Shown here: positions 24,135 through 37,214 of the stretch, in pieces
How the letters are laid out: each line of letters begins with the position of its first letter
Position numbering within the stretch: position 1 is the stretch's first letter
DNA from: the human T2T-CHM13v2.0 reference genome, Homo sapiens
NCBI RefSeq assembly: GCF_009914755.1
Contig: NC_060927.1
Direction: 5' to 3' (one strand)
DNA: 64,000 bases
The notes under the pieces: model-generated
Told to the model about the DNA's origin: nothing
What the model saw: the letters and a program-made list of their open reading frames with translations, nothing else
Databases searched by the model: none
Translations under genes and position numbers: made by a program

Positions 24135-26684
24135 GAAGAGTGCAGATTAATCCAGTTCCGTCCAGACTGATTAAAGTTTTTAAATAAGTTACCCAGACAG
24201 GGCTTTGTGAAATAAATCTGGTAATGCAATTCTCAATAGACTGTAAAAATCTGTAAGTAGTTAATTATCAAGACACTTCTGAGTGTTATTAAATTTTCCC
24301 ATTTATCTTCTGATTATCATTCTGGAGTCATGTAAAATTATAAAATGTGTGAAGAATACCCTGTTAAATACCAAATATCCAATGTGAGTGATTTTTACAA
24401 CCACAATTCAAGTTTTACTCCCCCATTTTTAAGAAGTTTATCTTTGACATTTATGGTTATTATTCTTAACTTGTTGGACAAGTGTCTAATTTGATATTAA
24501 AGTAGAATATTTGTTTGAATCATTAGATTCCACTATGAGTATATTACCATTTAGTTCACTTGACCAATGCACCATTTGTAAACCTGTACGTAGAGATTGG
24601 ACAGCTCGTTCACTCTGCACTAATGCACAGTGATAGGCAGTTGTGCTCACCTTACCAGTCAATTTGATTGTACCTGCATTCACAAAGCAAATGGAAAATT
24701 CATCAACAGACAAATGCTTGGTTTCTTCGATCAATATCATGTACTTTCTCTGTTGTATGCCTTTTTCGCCTATAAAATAGGAATAGAAACTTTTTCAAGG
24801 GTTGTTTCCAGGACAAAATGAGCTGCTTTGCATTTATATTGTATTTAACGTGTATTAGCATAATATTATAAGACCTTACAGGTAAGTCCTTGGTGGGATT
24901 CATCAGATGGGCTTTATCCAAGATGTCAGCTAGAGCAGTGTGTTCCAATAACATTGAGACACAAAGCTTCTATAGTACTTGCCAATATGAAGGTCTTTAG
25001 TCTCAGATGTGCTTATACGCTTGGGTTCATGCTTCAAGGTAGAATGGTATCCTTTAAAATCATGGACATTAATGAAGTATTTTCTTTTCTATTTATTGTT
25101 TGCCGACTAAAAGAATAACTACTTTTCTTGTCTAGTGGCCTTTCTGAAGCTAGTCTTTCAGATACTAACCATTCAGTTAAAATAATGCTTCCAATATTTT
25201 CTGCTTTTAATGTATTTATTTCTTAAGGGAAAAAAAGAATCCATTAAAAGCATTTTTCTACAAGTAGTCATTAGTGAGTTGCTTCTAAAGGGACTTCTGC
25301 AGTCAGCGACGCATAATGCTCCTGAAATGATTTCACAATTCAATATTGCAGCAATCCCAAATATTTGTACTTCTCTTTCCTTGACTTGAATACTATGATC
25401 TCAGACAAGCCATTCAAGAAAAAAAGATACTATGTAAACAAAAACAAAAGTAATAATAACCATCTGTGCTGTCCAGTGGGTTCCAATGAACAATTAAAGA
25501 ATACTTTGAAACAAGTTTTATCAGAAATTATTTACTGGCTCTCTATTTATTCCTATAAGTTTGTTATACAGTTCATTGCTCAAATTTAGCAGAAGACTAA
25601 ATGATTACTCAAATAAATGTTGTTTTAGACAACTTTAACATTCTTCTGAATGACAAGCCAAAAGCAAAATGAATGAGTAATAATAGTTTAATACTTCTTG
25701 AATGAAAAGATATTTTAATGGGTTCATTAGGAAGAGGGTAGAATGATTTGAGAATGCTGTTATTTTTAACAGTAGAAAATCTTAATGGAGAAAAAAGAAA
25801 AGAACTAAAGAAGTGGTTAGGCATCGAACTCGGGAGTTTGTTGAAAAAGCATTTTTTAAAAAATATTAACAAACCTAAGCTGTATTTTATCCTGACTTTC
25901 TCACGGATAGCTTCATAAATTCAGAGTATGTCTAAGTGTGAGTTATGAGAAAAGAAAAATTTAAATTTAATCAGATAGAGAAGTTTAGGAAGAGCTTATA
26001 TCAACTGATGTAATCTAATGAATATTAAAGTATCTTTTCAAAATGAGAATCACATAATGATAAGATTGAACTAAAAGATTGACTAAATGGGTTTCACACT
26101 TCTATGGATCGTGGAAGGGAATAATTTTTCAACATTTTACTCCAGCGAAGTGATGATTATATATTTTTAAAATAATTGTCTTTTCTTACTGATCTTGGAA
26201 GAGCAAATCTACAGTGTTCCAATGAACTGATAAATCAGCCATTATCAATACATTATTGTTTATGGAAATAACATATTTATAACCATAAACAATTTTCCAA
26301 GTAATAATTATTTTAATATTTATAAAAACTATAATGAAGTAATGAAAACGTGATATTTTGGAAAAAATATATCTATATATTCTCCATTGAAAGAACAGAT
26401 TGTACTTCTAGGCCAATAAACATGAGAATGTATATGTAGAAGATGATGGGTATTTAAGCACTTAGTATTGTATGATTGAAATATTTAGATAGACAGATAT
26501 AAATATTGATATAGATAGCTATACCCCTGTATATCCAAGTTTATGTCTTCCAGACGTACAATTTATGCAAAAGAAAATATGGAGCAAAAGCATAAGATAT
26601 ATTAAAATGCTAAGCTGTATTGCTATATCTCTAATTGTTATAAACCATTAGAAAAGGAGGATATCGAGTTTTGCTCGATAAAAC

Positions 26685-26830
26685 AATCAGACCATAAAAG
26701 CAGGAGGAAGGCTTAGAAATAATTATGTTAATATCATCAGAGGGAAAAAAAAGCTAAGACTTAGAATGTGACTTGCTAAGTTGCAAAACTGGTGTTAGAA
26801 ACCAAGCCTGTACCATGGAGCTCAGTGTTT
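26685..26830 (-). mobile_element. MIR fragment
   Basis: gaaggcttagaaataattat...aagctaagacttagaatgtgacttgctaagttgcaaaactggt...agaaaccaagcct. Confidence 0.5.
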
Positions 26831-27230
26831 TTAGATGACCCTACATTTTGGTATTTGGGCAAGATGATTCTTTATTTCCTGCTGTCCCAGTGATTGCATG
26901 CATTATGTATCTCTGTTTCCTAATCAATAAAATGCTCCATATTTTTCTAAACACCCCTTGGGGAATATACCAACTTTGAATAAAAACTCTTAATAATGAA
27001 TTCATTTAGTCACAGGAAATTGAGATTTGTGATAAAACTTTAATATATGTACTAAACTCTTCAGTATCAGGAAAATTATGATGATTTGATTTGTCTGCTG
27101 CCATTGCAGTAGGATGCTTACCACAGAAATTTCAAATGGAACATGTTTGTAACCTGTTGAGCTACAGATAGCACTGACAGATTAAGTCTGTTGCACTAGA
27201 GAAAATTTTATTTTTTAAAAAAATTTTTTA

Positions 27231-27307
27231 TATACATGTGCTATGTTGGTGTGCTGCACCCATTAACTCGTCATTTAACATTAGGTATATCTCCTAATGC
27301 TATCCCT

Positions 27308-27309
<2 letters not shown>
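27231..27309 (-). mobile_element. Young L1PA (PA3-5-like) 3'UTR fragment, 79 bp, no poly(A)
   Basis: tatacatgtgctatgttggtgtgctgcacccattaactcgtcatttaacattaggtatatctcctaatgctatccctcc is the antisense of the L1PA 3'UTR. Confidence 0.95.
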
Positions 27310-27502
<193 letters not shown>

Positions 27503-30500
27503 TCAGTCAAATATTACCTGTTGTTTATTGACCTATGTTTCAAACAGTGCAGAATTAGGGTCTAGAATACATTTTGAATCTAGGCATAGCCATTAGACAT
27601 GTTTTTGAAATGGCCCTGGATTATGGCTCCATTAAATGGCATAAATTTCCAGGATTGTTTTATCCTGATGACTGAATGGCGATGGAAGATTGCTTCCTAT
27701 GATATTTATTTCTCATACATTTTTTACAAAGCCTAAAGATAATTATACATTTTCATACAAATTAAATATCAGCAATTAAATAAAATTCTTTCTTTCTAAA
27801 GTATTTATTTTTGGGTCTAACTTCTGAATGAATTCCTGCCCACTCACAGGTTTACAGCTATATATTTCAAGAAATTCCAAATTATCAGGTAAATTTATTT
27901 TATTTTAAAAGGCCACATGCTGGATTTGGCTTTAAAAGATCAGGCTGGAATAATAAAAATTATTAGAATTTATATCATTCTTTGGTCTTTGTAAAACATG
28001 TCTAAGTAATATCTTATTTTGATTCTTAACACAGTCCTAAGTTATATATAAGAAAAATACCATTATCTGCATTTTACTGAATAACACAGAAACACTCAGG
28101 AAGTGTGGATAAATTCCTAGAGATCATGTAGCTATTTAACTCTGCAGATAGATGTTTTCTTAAACCAATTTTACATTCTTTCCATTATGTGGCAGTGGCT
28201 CAAATATATTATAAAAACATCTTCAATATTTGTTCTATGTATAGACACGTTAAAATTTTAAAAAATGTTTTATATTAAGATGTTTAAAAGAACTCAAGTG
28301 ATTTAAAATTTAAACTAATAAAAACTATTGTAAAGCTAAAAGTGATCATATTTAGGTAGCAACTTTTACTTTTGGGGTATATTTGCACGGTTTTAACAGA
28401 TTATTGTGGATCAAAACCAAAATATGAAGTAAGGATATATGGAGTCACATCTAAACATACAGTTTTCCTTGAAAATCGAAAGTATCAAATGATACTTGTT
28501 GGCTTAAGATTTCCAAACTTATTTTTAATTATTTTTTATTCACATTAATGTTTGAAACAATATTATGTTTACTTATGTATCTCAGTAAACTAAATTTCCA
28601 TTATCATCTTGTTTTACAAGAAGTTGAAATGTCCCTATGAATCTTAAAGTGTTGCAAGGAAAGTTTTATATATTAAGCTTTAGCAGATAAATACACTTAT
28701 CAGAGATACAAGTATGAAAATCTGCAAAATCTCAAAGCAGATAGAAGAATGCTGTGAATCCCTTAATTCTTCAATTGTGATGAGCAGCAGGAGATAATAC
28801 CATGGCTCTCATACATCAGCTGGGTTTTATAATGTATTAAAACATTTATTTATTAATAGAAGTATAACCTATTTAAAAATCTGCACATAAAAACGGAATG
28901 TGTTAGAAAGCGCCAAAAGCAATTGCACCAAAATAAACGTTATAATAAATCATTCCACAAGTAAAGAGACTTAGTTACTCCCAGAGTTTATGTAGAATTT
29001 AAGAAATTCATCTTTTACTTGATATACTAAATATCACAAATATTATGTTTACAAGAGTAACAAAGGGAAGCAATTTGTAATTACAGGTAGCTGCTCATAA
29101 TAGAAAATGACTATTGTTGAAATGAATTGAGTAGGAAGCATTGGATTATTAATATAGAATGGCATAACCTGTTCCTGTCTTGAAAGCGTGAATTACTACT
29201 TAAATCATGAATTATTTTAATGTCTTCAAAAACATGATAACCACATAGTCATATTTTGGAATGATAAAATGTATTTACTGGCTGAATGTTGTTTCTCCAC
29301 AATCAGATATTATTAGGAAGGAAGAAATTCATAGAAAGTTCTTAAAGATTATTTTAAATTAAACTAACTATATTTTTTATTTCCTACCAATGTCTGTTTT
29401 GCAAAGAAAGACAAACAGTAAATTTTCACTAGACCAATGGATGAGATCTATTTTTAATAAACCCTTTTCTTTAACCCTCAAAATAATTTCCTCCCAAATT
29501 GTTATGTAAGCTGTATCATTTGAGGGCACATATACACGGACATGTACATATAGTCAATTGTTGTGGTTATAATAAATGAATGTTCAATTAAATCACTTCT
29601 GCAACTAGAGTAAAACATGTAATTAAAGCATTTCATATTTCAAGTCAGATTCAGAACTTAGATCCTAGATTACAGAATTGTTATTGATGGAAGAAACATT
29701 AACACTCAACTCATTCTTGTGTTTTCATTGAGTAGACTAAGTTCCTGAAAATGTTCCTTTTGAAATCATGTGTGAGCTTTGAATTGCCAACTCCAAGGAC
29801 ATTTTCCGACTTTCCTCTGCTTGATTTTTTCAGCTGAACCTGACCTTCTTGACATTCTCACATTTGACTTGTCCTGACTGCTTCTTCTGAGTTTCCTTTC
29901 TTAATCTTCCTTTTCCATTTCTCTCTTTCCCTATCAGGGACTTGTATGCTAGTATTTCCCCAAATTTCCACTTTTAACCCCCCGCCTTTTATAGCCACAT
30001 AATATTATGGTTAAAGATAGCTATTTGTATTACTTTGGTTATAACCAATGCCCATTTATAACAAAGAAAACAAAGTCTCTGTTTTTTGTTTTTTGTTTTT
30101 TTAAATTTTCTCCTCTTGAAATATATGACAGTTCATTGACCTTGACTGGCATTCAGTCTCTATTTTCGCCTTAATCCAATATGTTTGTGAATATGCCTTT
30201 AATGCTTAGTTGTCTTCTAAAATAGATACAGTAATTTCATCCCATTGTCTCTGGCACTTTTCAAAATGCTCACTTTTTGACGGCCAATCCTTTCTGCTTC
30301 CCTTTCCAAGCCCTATCGCACGCAAATACCTTTTGTGTATGGCATCTGTGTAGAACTTCTGCTTTGGTCTTGTCCTGGTAGTCTATCTTCTTCTTTCTCT
30401 ACTTTCACAAGTAGTACAAAGGAGGAAACCAAACTAATGTTTCTTATGGAGACGGAGGTTAACTTTTGCAGGAATTCCTTGATTCCTTCTCGGTATTTCC

Positions 30501-30612
30501 AAAGGTATTATGCTCATTTAATGAGCAATGACTTTATCAAATTCCATTATGCATAATACATATTATAATACTCCTAACTTCTGGCCATGTCTGGCCAGTT
30601 GTAGAGGTATTT

Positions 30613-30784
30613 TGTTTTATTATTATTAATTTTTTAGAGACCTGGTCTCGCTCTGTCACCCAGGCCAGAGTGCAATGTCATGATCGTTGCTTACTGCTGC
30701 CTGGAAATCCTGGGCTCAGGTGATCCTCCCACCTTGGCCTCCCAAAGTACTGGGATTACAGGCATGTGTCACCTCTCCCATCCT
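30613..30784 (-). mobile_element. Monomeric Alu (FRAM/FAM-like or recombined AluJ)
   Basis: T-rich tail, agagacctggtctcgctctgtcacccagg...ctgggctcaggtgatcctcccaccttggcctcccaaagtactgggattacagg; flanks tgtagaggtatt/tgcagaggcatt resemble a TSD. Confidence 0.85.
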
Positions 30785-30908
30785 GTAGTGCAGAGGCATT
30801 CTAAATTAAATTAAATTTTCATTGATATTGAATTTTCCATGTAACATTTTTTAAAACCTATATTTTTCTATCAGATTTATTTAAATTTTTACATTTCATT
30901 TTCTATAA

Positions 30909-31260
30909 AAAGCTGAGCATTTCTCATCCAAATATTTGAAATCCCAAATGTTCCAAAATCTGAAACTTTACTGAAACGTGAAACACTACTATCATACCAC
31001 AAGTATAAAATTCTACACATAAGTACCTAGCATAAACTCTACCTCATTAAACAAATAATTTAAAATATTGTATAGAATTACCTTCAGGCTATATGTTTAA
31101 GGTGTATATGAAACATAAATAAATTTTGTGCTTAGAGTTGGGTCTCGTAATCAAACTATCTCCTTATGTATATACAAATTTTCCAAAATCTTAAAAAAAA
31201 AAAAAACAAAACCCAAACACTTCTTGTCCCAGGCATTTTGAATAACAGGTATTCAACCTG
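30909..31260 (+). mobile_element. Tigger4b (MER46B-like) TcMar-Tigger non-autonomous DNA transposon
   Basis: aagctgagcat...aaatgttccaaaatctgaaactt...aattaccttcaggctatatgtttaaggtgtatatgaaacataaat...aaacacttcttgtcccaggcattttgaataacaggtattcaacctg followed by TA. Confidence 0.9.
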
Positions 31261-32949
31261 TATAAGCAATAACTATTATTTATTTTTTATTAGTTATTAA
31301 TAACTATTATTATTTATTGTAGAAATGCAAATACTAAATGATCAAATTACTGATCATTTAAACAAGACCACCTTACAGCATAAATAATTAAACCTCTTTA
31401 TTTTCATCTTCACTGAACTGTTAAAGTCATTCAATGAGTATGTTTTTCTCTGTCTTGATTAAAAATTACAGCAAGTCCCATGGTTTTTTTTTTGGTCATT
31501 CTCAGTTGATACAAGCTTCTCCAATCAGTAATTAAAATGTCCAGGCCTGTATATTAGGCATAACTTTTGGTTTAAAATTGTCTTATTCTCTCCATCATGT
31601 AGGGTCTGCCACAGATAGGAACATCGTAATGAGAATAGGGACATATGTGGTTTCTTCTTTTATCCCTACATAGACCTGTCATTTTTGCCCATACTCTCCA
31701 GCTTTCTATGTGTGGTTTCAGAGCCCTCAGATAAAGTACTAAATTTGGAGAACATGAAAGGAGAGGAGGTAGAAAATGATTACATCTGGTCATTCTCGGG
31801 AGCTGGAATCATACCCTCCTCATCTGGCTGGTGGTTAGAATTGTCTCTTATAAGTGTATTCTTCAGAAATCTCTCTTCATTGGGATCTTCCACCTACAGC
31901 TCCTTTGACTGAGACAAAAGCATCTTTCCTGTAGCTGGCCACTTACACATTTTGTAATTTCTAGGATTCTATAAATAGCTCCACTTCTCTCTGCTGATGA
32001 CTCTTCAACTCTTCAGGTGGCTCTTTTGGAACTAAGGTGACTCCACAGTGGTTCTTTCTCACGCTTGGCCCACATCTGTTCCACAAGGAGCACTCATCCC
32101 CAAATCTCTTACAGCAGGGACCAGTCCACTCTTTCCCTCAATTACACTGGCACATATCAGGTTTTTTCCACGGCACCCCTTTATATGCTTATTGTGAGGA
32201 GCAGGCATTCCTCTTTTATACCAACCACTCCTTCAAAACCTCTTTTCACAAATACTCATATCTGCTCTTTTGAAATATTTACTAATGCCGTGTAAGTAAA
32301 ATTTAAATAGTTGTCTAACTAATTCTTGTCCACCTATTTCCTTCTAGCCCTGTAGGGCCGCCTGTCATTTGTGCATCTGATATCATTTTTGCAAAGTCTT
32401 TGTTAGAACTTTCATTTTACCATCATATTCCACTTGTTAGCAACAGATGAGTAAATACAACTTCATTTCCTGGGTGTAAAGTGAAAGTTAAAAGTATAGG
32501 TTTAAGATCAAAGTTCTGGAGGTTAGGGCAGAGTAAGTAGAGGTTCCCATACACTTTCCTAGTTGTCTCTTAGAGGAAGAGGAAAGGCAAATTAGAAGAT
32601 TTGAATCTTCTGTGAATTCAATTGTGAATTCTGTGAATCTCAATTTGAGGCTTATGTTTGGAAATTTTCAATAGCAGATGGATTCTGCAGGTGTCCCACA
32701 CTCAAATCAGAGAGCTAAAATCAGAAAAGCTCCTGAATTTAAAGAATAGTAAGTCATCACTAGAGGCCAGAGGAAAGCAGGAAAGTGCTGGTCTTGTTGG
32801 CTTTACCACACCCTGGACCTATCCCTGCTACCATCTCCTCAGTATCACTACCTCTTAGGCTCAGCTGACTCCTTCACTCTGGTCATGCAGTCACCCTCAA
32901 AGGAGAAAAGGGAATAGGAAATGGAAGAATGCATATCTACTTCCTTTTT

Positions 32950-35304
32950 TAAAAAAATGAGTTATTTTAGTTTTAAAGAAGAGTTCCAGAAATACTGCAG
33001 GGAGTTCCCATATACCGTTAACCAGCTTCTCCTTTGGCAATGTCTTCTATAACTCCAGAATGCTTATCAAAACTGTGAAGCTGACTTTGGTGCAATATAT
33101 TAACTAAAGTAAAGAGCTTATTTTGATTTTATCAGTGTTGGCACTAATGTCTTTTATCTTTTCCAAAATCCAATTTAGAATCATACATTACATTTAGTTG
33201 TCATGTCTCCTTAGCTTCCTCCAATCTGAAGCAGTTTCATATTCTGTCCACATTGTTACAGACCTTGATATCATTGATGATTATTGGTCAATTATTTTGT
33301 AGAATGTCTCTCAATTTGGGTGTGCCTCATATTTTCTCCTACTCAGATTGAGGTGATGAATTATTGGGAACGATGCAAAAAAGGTCATGTGCATCAGATC
33401 TGGAGTCATCTAAAATAACTATCCATTACTGTTGGTCCTGATCACTTGGACACCGCAATGTCTTAATCCATTTGTGTTGCTGTATCAAAAATGTGTGAAA
33501 CTAGATAATTTATAAACCACAAACATGTATTTCTCATGGTTCTGGAGGCTGGGCAGTTTAACAACAAGACACCAGCAGGTTCAATGTCTGGTGAAGGCTA
33601 TTATTCTCTGCTTCCAAAATGGAGCATTCTTGCTGCATCCTCCAGAGGAGACAAATGCTGTGTCTTCACATGGTGGAAGGGACAGGACAAAAAAGACCTA
33701 GCTAATTTCCTCATGACTTAATCACCTCCTAAAGACCCACCTCTTATTACTATCATACTATCACATTGGGGTTTAACTTTCAACTTGAAGTTTGGAGAGG
33801 AGACAAGCATTCACACTGTAGCAGGTGGGATATGTCAGGATTCTTTACAGTAATTTTTCTTTTCAGTCTTTGTAATTACTAAATGTTTTGGAGGAGATAC
33901 TTTGAAACTAAATAAATATCTTGGTTTGGCTTAAGCTTTCTCCCTGTAATTTCTGAATTCATTAGTAGAATCTTGCCTTTAGCAATTTATTATTGTCATG
34001 TTCTAATCGTGATATTTCCATTTCTTTCATACTGAGTTCTGTGTGAATATATATTGTCATTTCTTGTAGGTAGAAAGCCAGGAGTGGGAATCTAGGTCAT
34101 AAGGCAAATGCATGTAAACCGTTTAAGAAATTGCTGGAAAATGTTCCAAAGTGGCTACCATTTTTGCACTCCCACCACAAATTATTGGAGAGCTCCAATT
34201 GCTCTGCATCCTCACAGCGCATATTACCATTTTTAAAACATTTTAGTAGGTGGTTAGTAGTATCTCATTGTGATTTACTCTACATTTCCCAAATGACTAA
34301 AAATATTGAGCACATTTCCATGGTTTTTTTGTTTTTTGGGTTTTTTTATTGTTTGTTTTGTCATCCATACATCTTAATATCTTTGCTGAGTATCTGTTGA
34401 GGCCTTTAGCCTAATTTTTCACATTGGATTCTCCATTTCATTTTTGTTTCTTTTTTGAGTCTTCATTTTTTAATTGTTGACTTTTGTGAGTTTCTTATAA
34501 TTTCTAGATATAATTCCTTTATGAGGATATGACATACAAATTTTAATTCCCTGTTTATAGAGAGTTCTTTTTGCTTTTGCTGATCAATATATTTCACAGG
34601 GCAAAATGTTTTAATTTTTGATTACTTCTAGTTTTCCAGTGTTTTAATGGATTGTACTCTTAGTGTTGTATTTAAAAAAATGGTTTGCCTAAGCCAGTGT
34701 CATGCAGGTTTTTTTTCTAGAACATTTATGTTTTATATTTAGGTCTATGTAATTTGAGCTAATTTTTGTATAATGTGTGATGTGTCCAGATTGATTTTTT
34801 TGCATACAGATGTATAGATGTTTATATGTCCCAACAACGTTTGTTGAAATACCATTCTTTCTTTCAATTTCTTTTGCATATTCATTAAAGATTATTTGAC
34901 TATTGCTGTGTGTGTGTGTGTTTCTGGATTCTGTATTGTAATTCATTGATCTATGTGTAAATCATGAAATCAGGTAGTGGACTTCAACAGCTTTGTTCTT
35001 ATTTTTCAAAATTACATTGATTATTTTAGTTGCTTTTGCTTTTCCACAATAATTTTAGAATCTTCTTGTTAATACAGATAGAACACTACCATGATTTTGA
35101 TTGAGACTGTGTTGAATCTGTAGATCAAACTGGATAGAATTTACCCCTTGAAAATAGCTTCAAGTCCATAAACAGAGTATCTTTCTTTATTAATGTAGCT
35201 TTTCTTTAATTTCCTCCTCAGTATTGTCACTATTATCATACAATTCTATAGATAATTTGTTGGAGTTATATCTTTTTCCTTTCTGTTCTTTTATTCCTTC
35301 TCTT
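32950..35304 (-). mobile_element. L1MC4-like LINE (3'UTR and ORF2 relics), interrupted by an MST LTR
   Basis: gagttcccatatacc...catttagttgtcatgtctccttag...ttttgtagaatgtctctcaatttggg; ORF2 antisense ttccaaagtggctaccatttttgcactcccacca, tgtgttgaatctgtagatcaa. Confidence 0.8.
33459..33823 (-). mobile_element. MSTC-like solo LTR
   Basis: tgtcttaatccatttgtgttgctg...ctctgcttccaaaatggagcattcttgctgcatcctccagaggagacaaatgctgtgtcttcacatgg...cattcacactgtagca. Confidence 0.85.
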
Positions 35305-35669
35305 TGTATTAGTTTTCTAGGGCCACCCTAACAAAAACTAGGTGGCTCAAACAATATAAATTAATTTTCTCTCAGTTCTGGAGACTAGAAGTCCAAGATC
35401 AAAGCGTCAGCAGGTTTCTCCCGAGGCCTCTCTCCTTGGCTTGTAGGTGGCTGCCTTCTTGCTGTGCCTTCACATGGTCATTCCTCTGTATAAACTCACA
35501 CTTGATGCCTCCCTGTGTGTCCAAACTTCCTCTTCTGACAAGGAGACCAGTCAAACTGGATTAGGGCACATGTTAATGACCTCATTTTAACTTAATCTCC
35601 TTTTTAATCATTCTAAATGCAGCCACATTTTACTACCGGGGGTGAATTTGGATCAATTCAACTACAACA
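35305..35669 (-). mobile_element. MLT1B-like solo LTR
   Basis: tgtattagttttctagggcc...cagttctggagactagaagtccaagatcaa...gaggcctctctccttggcttgtag...aaggagaccagtcaaactggattagggc...gacctcattttaacttaat. Confidence 0.85.
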
Positions 35670-35849
35670 CTTTCCTTTCTTCCTTTCTTCATTCCTGCCT
35701 CCCTCCTCTTACAAATACTATTGTAAATGGTTTAATAATAAATTTAAATTTTCCTTGCTAATGTCTAGAAATACCATTGATTTTTATGATGCTTTGTATA
35801 CTAAATAGTATTGCTTTTTGTCCTTTTTTTTCTATAAGAGCTATAAACT

Positions 35850-36615
35850 TACTAATCAATTATTTGAAATTTCCTGTCAGAGCTGTGTTATATCTGAGAC
35901 TAATTCTTAGGATCATGTTGTCTCTTCAGATTCTGTTTCTTCTTGCCTTTTTATGCCTTATAATTTTTTTTTAGGCAGCCATTGTATGTGGGACAAGTAA
36001 AATGTAGAAAGTTTTCGTGTCTGGGTATGTGTATTCTTTTTCTTCCACCAGACTTTTACAGTGGAGATTTATTTAATATATTTAACAGTTGGACTAGGTT
36101 TGATATTTGTTGTTGCTATGGTTACACTCACTGCACATTAGATTTCAAATTTCTGTAGCAATATCTAGTCGGTAGGGTGGAGGATGGTTTGCCAGAGCAA
36201 CATCTGTTTGATTCTGAGATTTAGAGCTTCCATTTGTGTTATGCCTCAAAGAGAGTATAGACGTGTTTTTGTTTTTCTCTTGCAACTCTTTTTAACAGTA
36301 ATCTATTGTCACTTGTTATTTGTCACTTGTTGGCTTATAGTAAGTGGTGTGATCACTGTTTTTCTGACTACGTTTCAGTCTTAGGCATGCATTGTATCCC
36401 TGAGTCTATGAGGCTTGTGGTTCTTGGTTCTTTCGGTCTTCACTCAACTACAGTTGGAGGTTCAGCACATAATGTTGCCCCTCAGCAGGAATAGGATGTT
36501 TTCTCCTCCTATTCCCTTTCCAAATGTAGTGAATTTTTGCCAGTGCTCTAAGGACAGCAATTGCTCTTGCCCTTCCCAAAGATAAAGACTCATGTTCTGT
36601 AGTGTAGAAAGGCAA
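35850..36615 (-). mobile_element. Old L1 5'-end region (continues about 37086-37214 and 39355-39740)
   Basis: ttttcttgcctttttatgcttaataatttt; ttgttgctatggttacactcactgcacattagatttcaaatttc, typical of L1M 5' regions in antisense. Confidence 0.55.
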
Positions 36616-37085
36616 TAGTATGGGTTGACTTGTGCTCCCCAAAAAAACATGGATTGGAGTCCTAAATTCCATTACCTCAGAAAATAACCTTATTTGGAGA
36701 CAGAATTTTTATGAAGTAGTAAAAATGCAAATAAGCAAACATTAAAATAAGGTCATTGGGGTGGGTCATAATTCAATATGACTAATGTGCTCTTGAAAGG
36801 GAAAAGCATTAGACACAGAGACAGACATGCACAAAGGGAGAATGCCATGTGAACATGAAGGCGGAGATTGGGGTTATTTGTCTACAAGCCAGTGAATGCC
36901 AGCAACCACCAGAGAGACAGAAATAAAAATGATTTTTCCTCAAAGTCAACAGAAGAATTCAACCCGAATGACACTTTGATCTTGGACTTCTAACCTCCAG
37001 AACTATGATACAATACATTTCTGTTATTTTGGTTACCTACATTGGGTGGTAGTTTTCTATGGCAGCCCTAGCAATTTATTACACA
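36616..37085 (+). mobile_element. MLT1C-like solo LTR
   Basis: tatgggttgacttgtgctcccc...accttatttggagacag...gccatgtgaacatgaaggcggagattgggg...ctacaagccagtgaatgccagcaaccaccaga...ttggacttctaacctccagaact. Confidence 0.85.
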
Positions 37086-37214
37086 ACATACCACCTTTGG
37101 TAAATGTTTTGTCCTCCAACATGGTTTTTCTTCTCTTCCCTTAAGGGTACCTCTTTTCTTGGGTCTGTTTCCATTTTTTTTTTCTGTGAGTACCTGATGT
37201 AGTTTGTGAGGGAA

